Counted from the stretch's first letter, positions 1 through 14,017 are shown. The stretch is 64,000 nucleotides of DNA from Bugula neritina (GCA_964035545.1 OZ037772.1:2914001-2978000); one strand, 5' to 3'. Translations and numbers: made by a program. The notes: generated by a model from the letters alone, not told the origin.

Positions 1-1205
1 TTTTATAATGGCAGTTTGCTCAATAGCTTTAGTTCTTATGCGATAGACTCATAGCTCTGGAGTCTAGCAGCTGTTACTATTACCACTAGCTGTTCAAAAT
101 TCTGCCAACATCCGGGCTGCCAAAGCATAATAGCCATTGACAAGGCCAAGCAGTCACTAGGAAATTATTTGACTAAAGAGCAGGTCTTATGACAATTAGT
201 AGTCAGTCCCTTAGACAGGAATCAGTGATTCTGTGACCTATTTAGTTAAATCCAATGCTGACCTTTTGATTGATTATTAGATAGCCATCACAATTTTATT
301 TGGTACAATATAATATTATGGGGTGTCAATCAGTGTCTAATATAGTCTGTGAATTGAGTGTCTCCTTTAGCTTTGATGAGTTGATTACTTCTTCTACCAT
401 CAGTCAGTTGTATTGAGTGTTACTTTGTATTGAGTCATGAATAGTGTTGAAGATTTGGGCCTATATTATGCCAACCCCCCCCCTCTGACTTAGACTGAGA
501 CCCAACCTGCTGCACATACATAGTAGTACTACACTGAAGATAGTTAACATGTGTATATATCATATACATATATATATATATATAACATAATTATATATAT
601 ACATGCATATATCATCCTACTAGTAATGGATTACTAAGTACAAGTTATCCTATGACTCACTCTTCTTATGCTAGCTGCACGAGATAGACAACACTCACAC
701 GTGACACGAACTCACAGTGCACTAGCTCTTGACACATTGCCAAGGATGATGAAATGACAGTTTCGCGCCACTCCTAGCAGTTAGAGTGGCAGGGAATAGT
801 TGTAGTATGTTGTAGTATTGGATCCTCAGAATTCACTCCTCAGTAATTAGTTGCATTGCACAAACTTGCAACAATAGTGAATAATTATTGACAATATGGC
901 CTCCACTTAGTAGTAAACTAGTAATTTATCTATCATTTTACAATACAAGTTACAGTTGAGTCTATTTGTTGAGTAGCAGTTCTTTGTCATGAGTGACTAT
1001 TTTCCAGCATATTAGTACATAATATAGTCAAGTGTGTTTTTGTGATAGCCTGTGGTCTATATAATGAATGTGTGTTGATGAGTGATGAGTATTTATTTGA
1101 GTATTTGTCAAGGACACAGCTGTGTGTGTGGATGGAGTATTTCATTACTTGAGATATACTAAACACAGCTAACACAGATAACATACTGATTGCTATATAT
1201 TGTAG

Positions 1206-4200
1206 GAAAGATCACTATGACATCACAGATCCCACAACACTACCAGTAGCTCAGCATGGAGACCCCTTAGAATACAAGTCTCCACCCAAACCTGCACCCA
1301 TTCCCTGCGATGTGTGTAAAGGTGGAACACAAGCTGCTGTGTTTTGTCTTGAGAGTCAAAAAAAGTTGTGTCAGCAGCATCAAGAAGTGAGTCTTTCTTA
1401 TATAATTTCTCAAGATTAGTTACTAAACCAGTTCTGGTTTGTATGTAGAATATTATTGAAAAGAAATGTTGAGTCTGTGTGACTTTTTATACTAAACACA
1501 CAGTTTCACAGTGCAGTGAGTCAACTATGACAGACTTGTTGGTGAAAATACAACCAACTAAACTGTTGACCTTTATTATACAGAATCACAGGGAGCTGAT
1601 GGGAGATAGACATCAGTTTATTGACATTGAGGTCTACAGAGCTTCTCCCCAAAGATATACTATCACTGAATGTGAACATCATAAAGAGGAACAGCTGACA
1701 GAAGTGTGTTCCAAGTGTCACCAGATATTCTGTATGAGATGTGATATGAGGACTGGCTGTAAGGATAAGACAGGTATTTACTTGCTGTTTCTATTTCTGT
1801 AGAAAGAAACTGGGAAATATTACAAGAACCTGTTTATTATTTTATTATTAAAGTGAGTTATGCAACAGTAAAAGAGGAAGTCAGTTTGTCAGCATTAGGG
1901 TTTGTGTGAGACAGAAGTGGATAGTGCAGGAGTTGATATTCTCACTGTTATGTTGAATATTTAGTATATTTCATCCTTCAAGTGTCTGTTTCCTTGATAA
2001 GATGGTATAGGCATAGCTTTAACTCAGTGGTGTCTCACCTTCTTCATACCATCCTCCTTTTTATGATTATTTTCTATTAAGTTTTCCGCCTTTTTGATAA
2101 AATTGTAATTTCATTTATAAAGAAAATCTGGGACAGGTTGTTTTCCTAATAATTCATTGAATGTAGAAAAAAGCAGCTAGAGTAGAGTGAATATTAGACA
2201 CATGGATGTAGAAGTAAACTTAGATTGTAGAGTGTAATGTGGATAAATAAATGAACTACATAAAATGAAGGAGTTATAATTATACATATTCATGTAACCT
2301 GGAACACAAGGCAAGAGCTCAAAAAGCTGGTAACAAACTCTGTGAAATTTTAGAAATGAAAACCCCTAAAAAACTCAAATTTCCTGTGAAGGGGAAATTC
2401 CCCAAGGTTGAGAGCCACTGCTTTAATTTTTTCAACTATTTCATTCCAAGTGCAGTGATTAATGAGCTAACCTCTGACATCTTTCTAGTCCAAGTTCAAC
2501 TGTCTATAGTTATTACATAGTATGTGTGTAGTGATACATCATCAACCTGTAGGTACAAGTAGCAGGTGTAGAATAAGTACAATATCACATCTATAATAAT
2601 GTTTTTATAAATAGTGTGATTTTATGTATACAGAGGAGACAGTAGCATCCCATGACTTGGCATCTTTGAGTGATTTGTCTTGTGAGTTACGAGAAAGTCT
2701 GACTGGTGGAATAGAGACTCTGTCTGAGAAAGTTGCAAAGTTGAATGACATCTCAAAGGATGCCTGGAAAGAACTGAGTAAAATAGAAGATGAAGTGAAG
2801 AAGATGGTTGCCAGAGTAAACGCTGTAGCTGACGCTCAGGTATGCTGACATGGTGATGCCATGTAATATTATTTCTGTTTGTCTGAAATTGGAATTTGCA
2901 TTTGGTCTTTGAGTTGTAATCAGAAATGAATTTCATTTGCCACTAGAATTAACTGGCCATTAAAGTATTATCATTCTGTGTACAAGTAGCAGTAGTCATT
3001 CATCACATGTTACTCAGTGCAGAGGAACCTGTCAATACAGATGACTCACTCATCCTTCTGCAACTGTCAATCACTCACACACAGAGGTTGGCTGGGTGAG
3101 TGATTGACAGGTGTCAGGAGGAGGAGACTAGTCACGTGATGTACTAGCTCTCTGCTGTGTATAGAGTGTCACGTGACTGAGTCATTGTCCACTCAGTGGG
3201 TGATCTGTCACTTTCATTTCCAGTGTAGAGGTTGTGAGGTACAGATGTGGTTACACTGTGTTACTATTTATTAGATAGAAAAGATTAGAAAGAGAGCTAC
3301 AAACCTGAGGCTAGAAATATATGGATATTTGAAGAGCTGCACACAGATAGTGGATAATTATAGAATAGAGCTGGCCTTGAGTAAGACAATGGGCAGACAG
3401 TCTCTGCTGGACATAGTACAACATGCAGTTGATAAGTTCAATGATGCAGGGATTGTGAGAGACTACAAAGAGCTGAGTGAGAAGGTGGAAAAGGCGTCAG
3501 ATATTGGTGTAATAGAGAAGTGTGTACTTCCAGACAGCATCTTGTTACCAACATGTAGGTGGAGTCTATAAATAGTAACACTAACTATAAATAACTTTCT
3601 GCTTGTAATCATGTGAGTTGTTTTCACTGAATATTTGAATAGTAGAATAAGTAGATAGAGTTTATTTATTAGAGAATTGAGTTTTGTTCTACTCTCACAT
3701 TATGAGACATTTCTGCAGTGTTTCAGAGTTTATGGTGTATAAGTGAGCTGCTAAACTGTGTTATGCTGACTACCTGCTGTCAGTATTAACAAGATATTCT
3801 CACTTAGACCTGTGCATCACGTAGCAACTTGTAGTAACTACAGACTGCTTGTATTTAAAACATTTTTTTATTTCAAGTTTGAAAAGCTGTTCCCTACTTC
3901 TTCAGGTGATGAGATTCTCAAATTATAGAATTGTTATTTTGTTGTTCCAGTCAGTGAAGACAGTCTGGGACTGAAGCTGCTGCAGCCACCATCTTCTCTC
4001 CAGTCTGATGGACTTCCTGTACGTGACTCGTGTTTCACAGTAAACATCTCAGCTGATGGACATCTTATGTGTTGGACATGGGGAGGTGTAGAAGTAATAA
4101 ATAGAGACACTCTGGATACTATCAGCTCAGTGAAACACACCAACACTACAGGGTGGGGGGAGATAATCCAACCTGAAGGGGTGATGGTTGGCATCTGGTA

Positions 4201-5771
4201 TAACATAGAGGAGGAAACAGCTGAAGCCTCACTTCTTGATCCGAACTCCTTTGAGAAGACTCGCTCCCTCTACAAGCAGCCATTAGGTGTACCTGCTTAC
4301 TATAGAATAGCTCAGCACGACTCACTGCTCTATATTGTAGACATGATAGAGAAACAGCTGGTAGTCTGTAATCTAGTTGACAATAAAATACAGAAGTTCC
4401 CACTTCCTGAGATGGAGAACCCTCTACCTGTATGCATCCTCCCAGACTCATCTCTCCTCATTGGAGACCGTGCTGCAGATGGTAAAGTGAGAAGATATAA
4501 AGTGGAGAACACAACTCTCACTCTAATGTGGGAGTTTCCTCACATCTCACATCCATCTGGTATTTCCTTTGATCCAACATCTGAACTGATTCACATCTGT
4601 ACACTGGAAGGACCTCTCCTCATCCTCTCACTTGAAGGTAAATACTCTGTTTATTATAGTAAGTTTAGTTGTTTTATATATAATTATGTTGTAGTAAACA
4701 ATATATTTTAATAATTAACAGTAAACAACTTCCACTCATAAGATATATTATGATATTGTTAGTATTTATCAAGTCACTGATATTATTTTTAGCTAAAAGT
4801 TATGTAATAAAGACTGTAACATGCTGATAGTAGATGTTATATTCTTCATCACATGACTTGTAGCTAATAATAATATTATTGAATAATACTGCCTCCCTAC
4901 AATAAGTTTATTTCCAGCTGCAGTAACATGCAGGATGTAAGCACAGGTAGAAGTGTATATTATATTGTATAGGTTTAAGGTGTACTCTGTGTAGTGTGCA
5001 GTGAGCTCTTAGTAAACTCTCTATTCAGTCTTCCTTTCCAAGGGTTCACCTGGTAGAGTAGAGAATAGGGACTCCACACTGCTGAGTGAGTTGGTGCTGC
5101 AAGGGGTTTAAAACCACCTATCAGCATGTCTAGTTAGTATACTATGCAAGTGTTTTACAGTAATTTTAGAGGTGCTCAGTCTAACAACTGTACAGACTGC
5201 CAGCTACACATGAGTTATGAGTTGTAGTTTGACTTCAGTCTAGTGCTGCTATTGTTTTGGTCATCAGATAATTTAAATGTTAATAATTTGATACTTTTTG
5301 ACTGCCATTACTGAGACTATGTAATTTGATGATGGCTGGTAGAGCAGTGTTTGCTGGTGGGACTCAGGTGGCTGTGGTTGGTTCTTGTCAAGTATTTAAT
5401 ATGTGATAATGTTGGAGTAGCTGCAGTATTATTAGAAGTAGACACGTGGGTGTGTTCTTGCTCAGAGCCACAGGCTAAGTTTATGGGTCAAGGTCAATAT
5501 TGTTGTATAACGAGACACTGTTTTCTATTTGAGTATTTACTTCATGCATGTAACCTGCTTAGTTGCATCTTTAAAGGCAGTCTGTCTGTTTCTCTCAATA
5601 CACACCAACTGATACAATATGATGCTATTATTTACAGGTCAACTGGTGCTTACTGTTCCCAGAGAAAGTCTTGGTGTTAGTGACTGGGTGTTTGACATTG
5701 CTGCGTATAACAGAGACACAGTGTTTTTAGCATGTGTAGATGGTCTGAGGAGATACACAATAAAATACTAA
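1206..5771 (+). CDS. TRIM/RBCC-like E3 ligase with NHL-like beta-propeller, copy A (RING exon lies upstream of the window)
   Basis: GT-AG exons 1206-1386 (CDVC..CLES..CQQH, B-box1-like), 1584-1773 (CEHH..CSKC..CMRC, B-box2-like), 2634-2839 and 3275-3554 (coiled coil), 3951-4637 (propeller: NPLPVCILPDSSLLIGD, HPSGISFDP) and 5638-5771 (ends TAA). Phases are compatible, there are no internal stops, and AATAAA is at 5949-5954. With the RING exon seen in copy B the protein would be 619 aa. Confidence 0.88.
2025..2420 (+). mobile_element. Non-autonomous hAT-like MITE in a TRIM intron
   Basis: Termini CAGTGGTGTCTCACCT...AGGTTGAGAGCCACTG. Flanked by near-identical 8-mers ctttaact/ctttaatt, the TSD length typical of hAT. 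Related copies at 26178-27246 (-), 30406-30906 and 33086-33680. Confidence 0.75.
3011..3161. repeat. Small foldback (MITE-like) element
   Basis: Imperfect terminal inverted repeats (tactcagtgcagag / ctctgctgtgta) and an internal stem ctgtcaatcactcac...gtgagtgattgacag. Also present in copy B (~34270-34420). Confidence 0.45.
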
Positions 5772-6494
5772 ACTTATCAGCTACAGTCTACTAATAATCA
5801 GCTCAGTGAGGTACTGAGAGATAAATTGGATAATATTTGTCATCAACATAATTATATTCATTACAATTCATCAATACACACACTCTGTATTTATAGTTGG
5901 ATATGAGATGTTTTACTGTATCAAATATATGTTGCTATTTTACCATCTAATAAAGTTTATTTGTTAGTGAAAACATAGTCTGTTTTCATGCCTCATTAGC
6001 TTTAGTTCAAGTTGAGTTTGGTTAGTAAAAATAATCTATACTGGAGCAGTAACTGTAAATGACTTGTTTGTGGGAGAATTTATTCACTGAATTGACATGC
6101 AGGTGCAAGTACCTCCAACATGACTAAGTAAATTTATTCCAACCATTCATAATAATATACATTCCATTGCTGTGTACAACAGCATTGAGTAGCCAATCAA
6201 ATTGTTTCTTGTCACGCAATCAGGAATCTGATAAATAATATATAAGGCAATCAACTAGATATAAACACTGTATTACTCTACACATGAGCTGTCTATGATA
6301 CAGCTGTTTTGTAAACTGTGTGTAATTTGATGAGTTTAGTTCAATTGGTTGCAGTTTAATTATGACATGTTCCCCATTCACCTGGTAGAAATACCTTGTG
6401 TGCACAGACAAGTTGTAATGACTAACAGAAACTTTTTCAGTAGGTTCCAGTTCATCTTGAATATAATAGTACAGCTTGTTGTCATTTGGTCTCC

Positions 6495-6990
6495 ATAGTA
6501 TTGATGGTACACTACCTTGTTTGGCCTTAATATTATAGATGGTATATTACCTTGTTTGGCCTCAATAGTATTGTTGGTAGACTACCTTGTTTAGCCTCAC
6601 TAGTATTGATGGTACACTACCTTGTCTGGCCTTAATATTATAGATGGTACATTACCTTGTTTGGCCTCAATAGTGTTGATGGTACACTACCTTGTTTGGC
6701 CTCAATAGTATTGGTGGTAGACTACCTTGTTTGGCCTCAATAGTATTGATGGTATACTACCTTGTTTGGCCTCAATAGTATTGGTGGTAGACTACCTTGT
6801 TTGGCCTCAATAGTATTGATGGTATACTACCTTGTTTAGCCTCAATAGTGTTGATGGTAGACTACCTTGTTTGGCCTCAATAGTATTGATGGTATACTAC
6901 TTTGTTTGGCCCTAATAGTATAGATGGTACACTACCTTGTTTGGCCCTAATAGTATAGATGGTACACTACCTTGTTTAGCCTCAATAGTC
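6495..6990. repeat. 35-bp minisatellite (aatagtattgatggtatactaccttgtttggcctc), ~14 copies
   Basis: Period 35 (actaccttgt at 6721 and 6756); contiguous units with no spacers. Confidence 0.95.
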
Positions 6991-8714
6991 TTGCTAACAG
7001 CACAACTTACAAGATTCAACTAATTTAACTTGTTGAGATTTACATGAATATAATACATATGAAATGTGAAAATAGCATTAAAAGTCAAGCAAGGAATTCA
7101 CATGTTGACACAATTATATACTTTCACTTGAAGGTAAGCTTGATGAACCAATATGAACTGTTCACAGAGTTTACTGTGTAGGATTTGCACCTAGAATATT
7201 TAGTTACATCAGAGCTAAGTGAAAAATCTAACAGTTGATTTATTCTGTTGAGTATTGATCTTATTACCCAACTTCACCCTTTTTACTGTAGAGTTTGTTG
7301 ATGTAAGTTCACTTAATTAAACTATTCTCATGCAAGGGGTGGGGGTGGAATATTATTGTGAATTTATGCTTTACTTGTTATTATAGGGTCTATTTAGGCA
7401 AAGCTATTTCACCAGGTTTGTGATTGCTAACACTTTATTCTATTTATTTCAAGATACTAATAAAACTGTACAACTATCAAAAACACGTTCCATAATAAAA
7501 GAGAGAATATACAAGACTTTACAATAACAATTCCAAGTGCTCTCTGCCTGCTAGTCAAATAGACTAGGGCCCACTACAAGTATTCAGCTCCGCCTACTAC
7601 TAATTATTAACAGTCACTGATTGGCCATCACGATGGCACCATCACACTAGTTGATCTGCATGCTGCAAAATGCATCATGTCCTCTAGTTAAAGTGTGTGC
7701 ACGGAGTTATCATTTCGATATAATAACATAATATACAAAATCTCTGCAATATGCCACCTGGGATATCTGTATGATAAACTTAACCAATCAACTAGCAGCA
7801 TCTTCACTATTCAATGAAATTATCAAACTATATTATTTAACTGTAACATTATCCTAGTGAAACCTCTCAACTGTTCCTCCTATTCACTAATCATCAAATT
7901 ATTCTCCTCTACCAAATCAATACATTGTGCAGACTCCATATTTAATCTCCTCTACATACAGTTTATATTCCAGCTATCAGAGTCATGATTCTACATCACA
8001 TGAATGTTCTCTACTTTAACAAGAGAATAGCCAACTATAAAAACCTGCTATAGCACACAATATAGCAACCTGTTATAACATGACACACAGTACATCAATA
8101 TTCATTCACTACACAAAATATCTCAATACACATAACAACTGGAGCTGCTGAAGTTCAATGGCTTATACAAGTTGAATTGAACAAAACACTACGTTGTTCT
8201 TCAGCATATCAACTAGTATGAGTAGTGTGGAGAGATCTTTTATATATATAAAAACTTGTGTTTGAAGGAAATATTAAATTATATTATTCCTCTTAGCATC
8301 ACATGTAGCATGAATATCAACTTATAGTTAGTGAGTTACTAGAAGTTTCTTTGTAACGGAAACCAGTCCGGGTTCCCCTGCAGTTCCATCTCAACGAGTC
8401 TGGCCTGAGCTGAGGTCACCGCATGATGACATCATTCACTAGGTTCTTCTTGGTGTCTGGAAATTTTCTACCAGTTACTCCAGTGACTGAAAATGAAGTA
8501 CTAATACCAGTGACTCGGTCTCAAACTTACTTACTGAGTCATTGTGATTATTAGTTGATGACTTAATGTTTTAGTGAAGTTATAGTTATAGTTAACTTAT
8601 AGTCCTACTGACACTAATAGCTAATGTGCCATTCAGTCTCATCTTCATTCTCAGTAATTGTAATACTGATATTAAGACTAACTAACGCCTAATGCTAAGT
8701 TCAACTACTAATTA

Positions 8715-8810
8715 TTACACTACTAGTACTACTACTACTACTAGAAGTAGTGGTGGTGGCGGTAGCGGTAGCAGTAGTAATGGGAGTACTAGTATTATTA
8801 GTAGTAGTAT

Positions 8811-8852
<42 letters not shown>

Positions 8853-8890
8853 TAGTACTAGTAGTAGTAGTAGTAGTATTAGTAGTAGTA
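8715..8890. repeat. (ACT)n/(AGT)n microsatellite
   Basis: Long agtagtagt run; shorter in copy B (~39860-39980). Confidence 0.95.
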
Positions 8891-9024
8891 TGACAGCGCT
8901 TCTTCATAGGATCTGCCAGTCACCCAGTAGTTGTTGTCACTAAACTATGTAAAATATATAGAGGTTAAAAGGTCACTAAACTATGTGAAATATATAGAGG
9001 TCAAGAGGTCACCAGACTATCACC

Positions 9025-9190
9025 AACTTTCCATGTACCAATCTCAGATCGATCTCAGCGAGATCGATCCATGGAAAGACGCCAAAGATCGATCTCCGTC
9101 GATCTGAGCTGGTCGGTCTGTGGAGCTCGAACTCAGATCGATCTCATGTCAATAAGACCATGGAAAGACACCAGATCGACCTGAGAAGTA
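9025..9190. repeat. AGATCGATCT-rich palindromic repeat, probable DNA-transposon end
   Basis: Several agatcgatc(t) palindromes bracketed by ctttccatg/catggaaag inverted motifs. CpG-rich against an AT-rich background. Also in copy B (~40077-40240). Confidence 0.5.
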
Positions 9191-9470
9191 GAAAAAGACT
9201 GCGTGCTACAATGTTGTCTGCTAATAAAAATGATAACTTATTGATAATTACTAAGCAAAGTATTAAATAATCATGATAGCCGCCTTTTCAGATGCCAAAA
9301 CTTTGACTTTCAGTACAATGATTAAGAAAACTCAATTATATGCAGAAGAAGGTAAAAAAAAATGGGAGAATTTAAATTGAGTTCAAATGACTATATTAAA
9401 ACTCAGTTTCATAAGCTATTTCCTTTGTAATTTTAAGCCTAACAGTCCTGTAAGTTTATTAATAATCTGC

Positions 9471-9668
9471 AAGGGCCACACCCACTCCCGAAAGGGCCAC
9501 ACCCACTCCAGAAAGGGCCACACCCACTCTAGAAAGGGTCACACCCACTCCAGAAAGGGTCACACCCACTCCAGAAATGGCCACACCCACTCCGGAAAGA
9601 GCCACACCCACTCTAGAAAGGCCACACCTACTACAGAAAGGGCCACACCCACTTCAGAAATGGCCACA
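9471..9668. repeat. 21-bp minisatellite (aaagggccacacccactccag)
   Basis: ~9 units here and ~12 in copy B; produces the spurious HTHSRKG ORF. Confidence 0.95.
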
Positions 9669-9960
9669 TTAGAGGGAATTCATAGTTTATCAACATAAAC
9701 ATAGTCTGTGGTAAATATTAGGTCTGTGCTAAACCCACTTGCTTTCTGTAAATAACACCAGACAAAATGAAGAATGACTCATACCTCAGCCTTAGGTTGC
9801 CCCTGGATCTGCACAAAGTAGGCTGGTATTCTGTGCCCCCACCATAGCTGTCTGGAGATACACCAGCCCTTGGAGTTCCTCAGCCATTTGTACCAAGTGA
9901 CTGTGTGATAGTCTGGTATGATCTTTAGCTTGCCTGATTCTACTACCTGCATTATACATT

Positions 9961-10231
9961 CTATACTATAGATATACTATGCTATAGATATACTATGCTA
10001 TAGATATACTATACTATAGATATACTATGCTATAGATATACTATGCTATAGATATACTATGCTATAGATATACTATGCTATAGACATACTATACAGTACT
10101 AATATATATACTACACAGTACCAATATATTATATACTATACACAGTACTAATATATATACTATACAGTACTAATATATTATATACTATACAGTACTAATA
10201 TATATACTACACAGTACTAATATATATATAC
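9961..10231. repeat. 15-bp minisatellite (atactatgctataga) grading into a related tatactatacagtacta repeat
   Basis: Tandem units next to the ValRS acceptor at 9947; longer in copy B. Confidence 0.92.
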
Positions 10232-10454
10232 TAATTGTGAAACAGCCAAAATAGGAAAATAAGACCTTGTAGTGCAGTGAGCAAGGCAAGTTCAAGCCAT
10301 ACAACTTTAACATGTTGCATTACAGAAGAAAGACCTGCTTCATTTTGGTAAACAACTATAAGTAATATTGGGAGTTACGCCACCTATGAGTAACAACATG
10401 GAGTTGTGTTTCTTTTCATAAACGCAAAAAGGTAAAAATTACTTGTTTCTTCAA

Positions 10455-10585
10455 GGTAGCATAACTCCTAATTGTGTGACATATTTCTAAGTTGAAATGG
10501 TTTTTCCTTGCATTATATAATATATAATGCAAGGAAAAACCATATCAACTTAGAAATATGTCACACAATTAGGAGTTATGCCGCC
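10455..10585. repeat. Near-perfect ~130-bp palindrome (1-nt spacer)
   Basis: Arms 10459-10519 and 10521-10581 are reverse complements with one mismatch; copy B equivalent at 42199-42329. Confidence 0.92.
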
Positions 10586-10802
10586 TCTTTGTCAAAAACA
10601 CGGAATACAAGATTCACACACCAAACAGTACTCAGTGCTATATGAATAGACTCCAATATAGTTCTCCCTCCGTATCTCAGTAAGCTGAGAGACCTGACAC
10701 CTCAATTCATGACACAGTAGAATTCTTACCTTAGCAGAATACCATATTTAACACACGGATCTGTTAAATTATTTTGTCCCTACACACAAAAGGCTTTGAA
10801 AA

Positions 10803-11364
10803 CACAGGACAACAGGTTATGAATATACAGGACAACGGGCTATGAATATACAGGACAACAGGCTATGAATATACCGGACAACAGGCTATGAATATACAGG
10901 ACAACAGGCTATGAATATACAGGACAACAGGCTATAAATATACAGGACAACAGGCTATGAATATACAGGACAACAGGCTATGAATATACAGGACAACAGG
11001 CTATGGATATACAGGACAATAGGCTATGAATATACAGGACAACGGGCTATGAATATACAGGACAACGGGCTATGAATATACAGGACAACAGGCTATGAAT
11101 ATACAAGACAACAGGCTATGAATATACAGGACAACAGGCTATGAATATACAGGACAACAGGCTATGAATATACAGGACAACAGGCTATGAATATACAGGA
11201 CAACAGGCTATGAACATACAGGACAACAGGCTATGAATATACAGGACAACAGGCTATGAATATACAGGACAACAGGCTATGAACATACAGGACAACAGGC
11301 TATGAATATACAGGACAACAGGCTATGAATATACAGGACAACAGGCTATGAATATACAGGAAAC
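10803..11364. repeat. 23-bp minisatellite (gaatatacaggacaacaggctat), ~24 copies
   Basis: Homogeneous tandem units abutting ValRS exon 11372-11506. Confidence 0.96.
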
Positions 11365-14017
11365 AGAGCACCTGTCCCAAACTCCATCTCCACAAAGTCG
11401 TCAGCCACAATAGGTATTCTCCTGTCAGCAAAAAGATGTCTCACAAATTTCCCGTGTAAGTGTTTGTATCGGCCGTCTTCAGGGTGGACAGCCACGGCAG
11501 TGTCACCTACAATAGTTACCAGACTTTATAGTCTCTCACAGTATTGAGTATTGATATACAATTATATATTTACTGAGTGTTTACCAGATCCAACTTCACA
11601 GTCACTATACTCAGAGTACACAACTCCCAGTAAGTTAGTATCAAGCTAATTAACCACTAACCCCTTATTCACACTTACCGTATCGTATCGTAACAGCAAA
11701 TATCAGCCATTTTTACAAATGTCTGAGCTTCCTGTACGGTGTTGCGGTACGGTAGGATCAAGCACTGCTTGATTCAAATAAGTTGCGGCGGACTCCTATT
11801 GGACAGAAAAACTTTTGCGTTAATTCATTGGATATAAATGTCTAATGTAGCGTCATAGATCGTACCTAATAGCGGACTTTGAAAACTTCAACCCGCACCT
11901 TAAACCAAAATGGAATAATAGAATTAAAAAATTTAGGCTATCTCAAGTTCTCCACTACTGCTCCTAAGTGAGAATAGTTAGAGAAATCTACTCGAGTTAC
12001 TTCAATTGGCAGCAAGAGTCAGCCATTATTACGTTGCTAAGCAACAAAGCTATTAGTGACATTGATGTCTACTAACCCAACATAGTTTCTAATCTAGTTG
12101 TGGCCACAATAATCTTTTCGTCAGAATCTTCTACTTTATATGCAAAGGAAAGGAGAATTTCGAACTCCACCTTCTCCTTGTAGCCAGGCACAGAGAGCAT
12201 AGTCCTTCCTGTCAACTCTACTTTGTCTACCTGCAATCAGTGATACAACTCTCTCAGACTATACAGGTCAAAGGTTAAACTGTAGTGTGTGCTTCTGAGT
12301 CACTGTGTTCTCATTCTTTTCTATTAGTTCATATAATGTATATGAATGCTCGTACGAATGAATATGTGGCTGTGGTCTCATTGATGTATTCATTCGAAGA
12401 TAGTCATAATGTAATATATCAGGCTGTGTCTGAATACTACTATTAGGTTAGTTACTACCAACACACAAGTCTCGCAGTGAATAACCAGTTGACGTGCACA
12501 CAGTCGGGAGTCAGACTTATACTGTACGATATACCTCAATATCAGAGAAGGCAGAGTTGAGAGTACAGGACCAGTTGACCAGTCGGTTAGCTCTGTAGAT
12601 CACACCTTTCTCGTGCATTCTGATAAACGCTTTGTTCACCGCTTTCAAAGATTTCTAATAAACAATTATATATGAGTCATGTGTCAAGTGTGAACTGATT
12701 GGAGACCAGGCCTCATGATTAACCAATCATAGAGAGGATAACACACTGAGTCAGTAAACAGCCGACACGACATATAGACTCCACTACTCAAACATAATAT
12801 ATGTATAGAGAGGATAACTCCTCACCTCATCCATAGTGAACGTAGTTCTGTCCCAGTCATAAGACCCGCCCACTTTCCTCAACTGATGGTAGATTCTGTC
12901 TTCTTTTCCATAGAAATTATATAATAACACTGACCAATCATTGTGCTGCAAAACTTAGTTATATTAGCAACTTAAATAATGAGACCAATGATAGAGTGTG
13001 ATGAAGTAAACCTATATTTAACTTTTTGTATATTCAATTATATATAAGAATTTCATCATATTGACGCTATTATATTATCTTATATCAAACTGTAGCAACT
13101 GAACACCAATAAGATAAAATAAAAACTCAAACCCTAATACTAAGTCACTATGAAATGCATTTTCAAGATAAAATATTCCCTTACTGGTTCTTCCATTCCC
13201 ACACTCGTCTCACAAACTCATCTCGTCCCAAATCGTGTCGAGTTTTATTCTCTTCTCTAGCGAGTTTTTTCTCGACGACAACTTGAGTGGCTATTCCTGC
13301 GTGGTCACATCCGGGTACAAACAGTGTCACCTTCCCATTCATCCGGTGCCTGACAATACAACAGAACTGACACCTGCAGACACCTGACAACACAAGCATA
13401 TCAGACACCTAGAGATATTCCGGAAAGGTGCTGAAAGAAATATCTGTGGTTGAAACAACATCAATATAATAGATGAATGACTTATGCCAACCGGTACTTA
13501 ACACAAATTTTATCAGCATTCAAAAAAGAATTAACAGGGGGATGTTCATAGCCTGTCTGTGGAACATCTCAAAGTGACTTGGCAAGATGCCAAAATGTCA
13601 TGTAGTCACCACCAGAGGAATGGTGTCTACTGTTACATGCTATAAGCTACATACACCACCAGTTTAGTGACTAGGTAAGTACGGAGTTGTCTCATCTATA
13701 TGAATGAACATCTCACCACCGAACTATCGCATCCTCAACTGCCCCCAATCACATCTCTCTCGGTTACAAAGTAAAAAGCAACCAATCACAGTACCTGTTA
13801 CAACAGAGTAACAAATCACACCTCTACGTGTTAGAAGTAACCAATCACACATTATAGACTTTACTATGATGAGAAATGTACCTTTGAGATTATACTCAGG
13901 TTTGAAGAATCCTTCCTTCTCCCACCAAGAGCACCAGGCAGCTTCCACATAAGACGGGGAATAAGAACCAGGCATGGGACACGTCGTGTCTAGAATAACA
14001 GAAAACTATAAAGTATA

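Noticed and set aside
5351-5680. 109-aa ORF conserved in both copies (35687-36022)
   Set aside because: It is mostly intronic, overlaps the real last exon out of frame and starts at TTG; conservation only reflects the duplication.
6495-6990. 35-bp array resembling a CRISPR repeat length (also the 23-, 26- and 30-bp arrays)
   Set aside because: Units are contiguous with no unique spacers, there are no cas genes, and the context is eukaryotic.
9387-9698. HTHSRKG-repeat ORF and the poly-Ser/Thr ORFs at 8692-8943
   Set aside because: Products of the 21-bp minisatellite and the AGT microsatellite.
11660-11900. CpG-rich segment starting ccccttattcacacttaccg as a transposon end (similarly 54597-54740 and 55791-55960)
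   Set aside because: Probably DNA-transposon debris, but no matching second terminus or TSD was found, so no family call can be supported.
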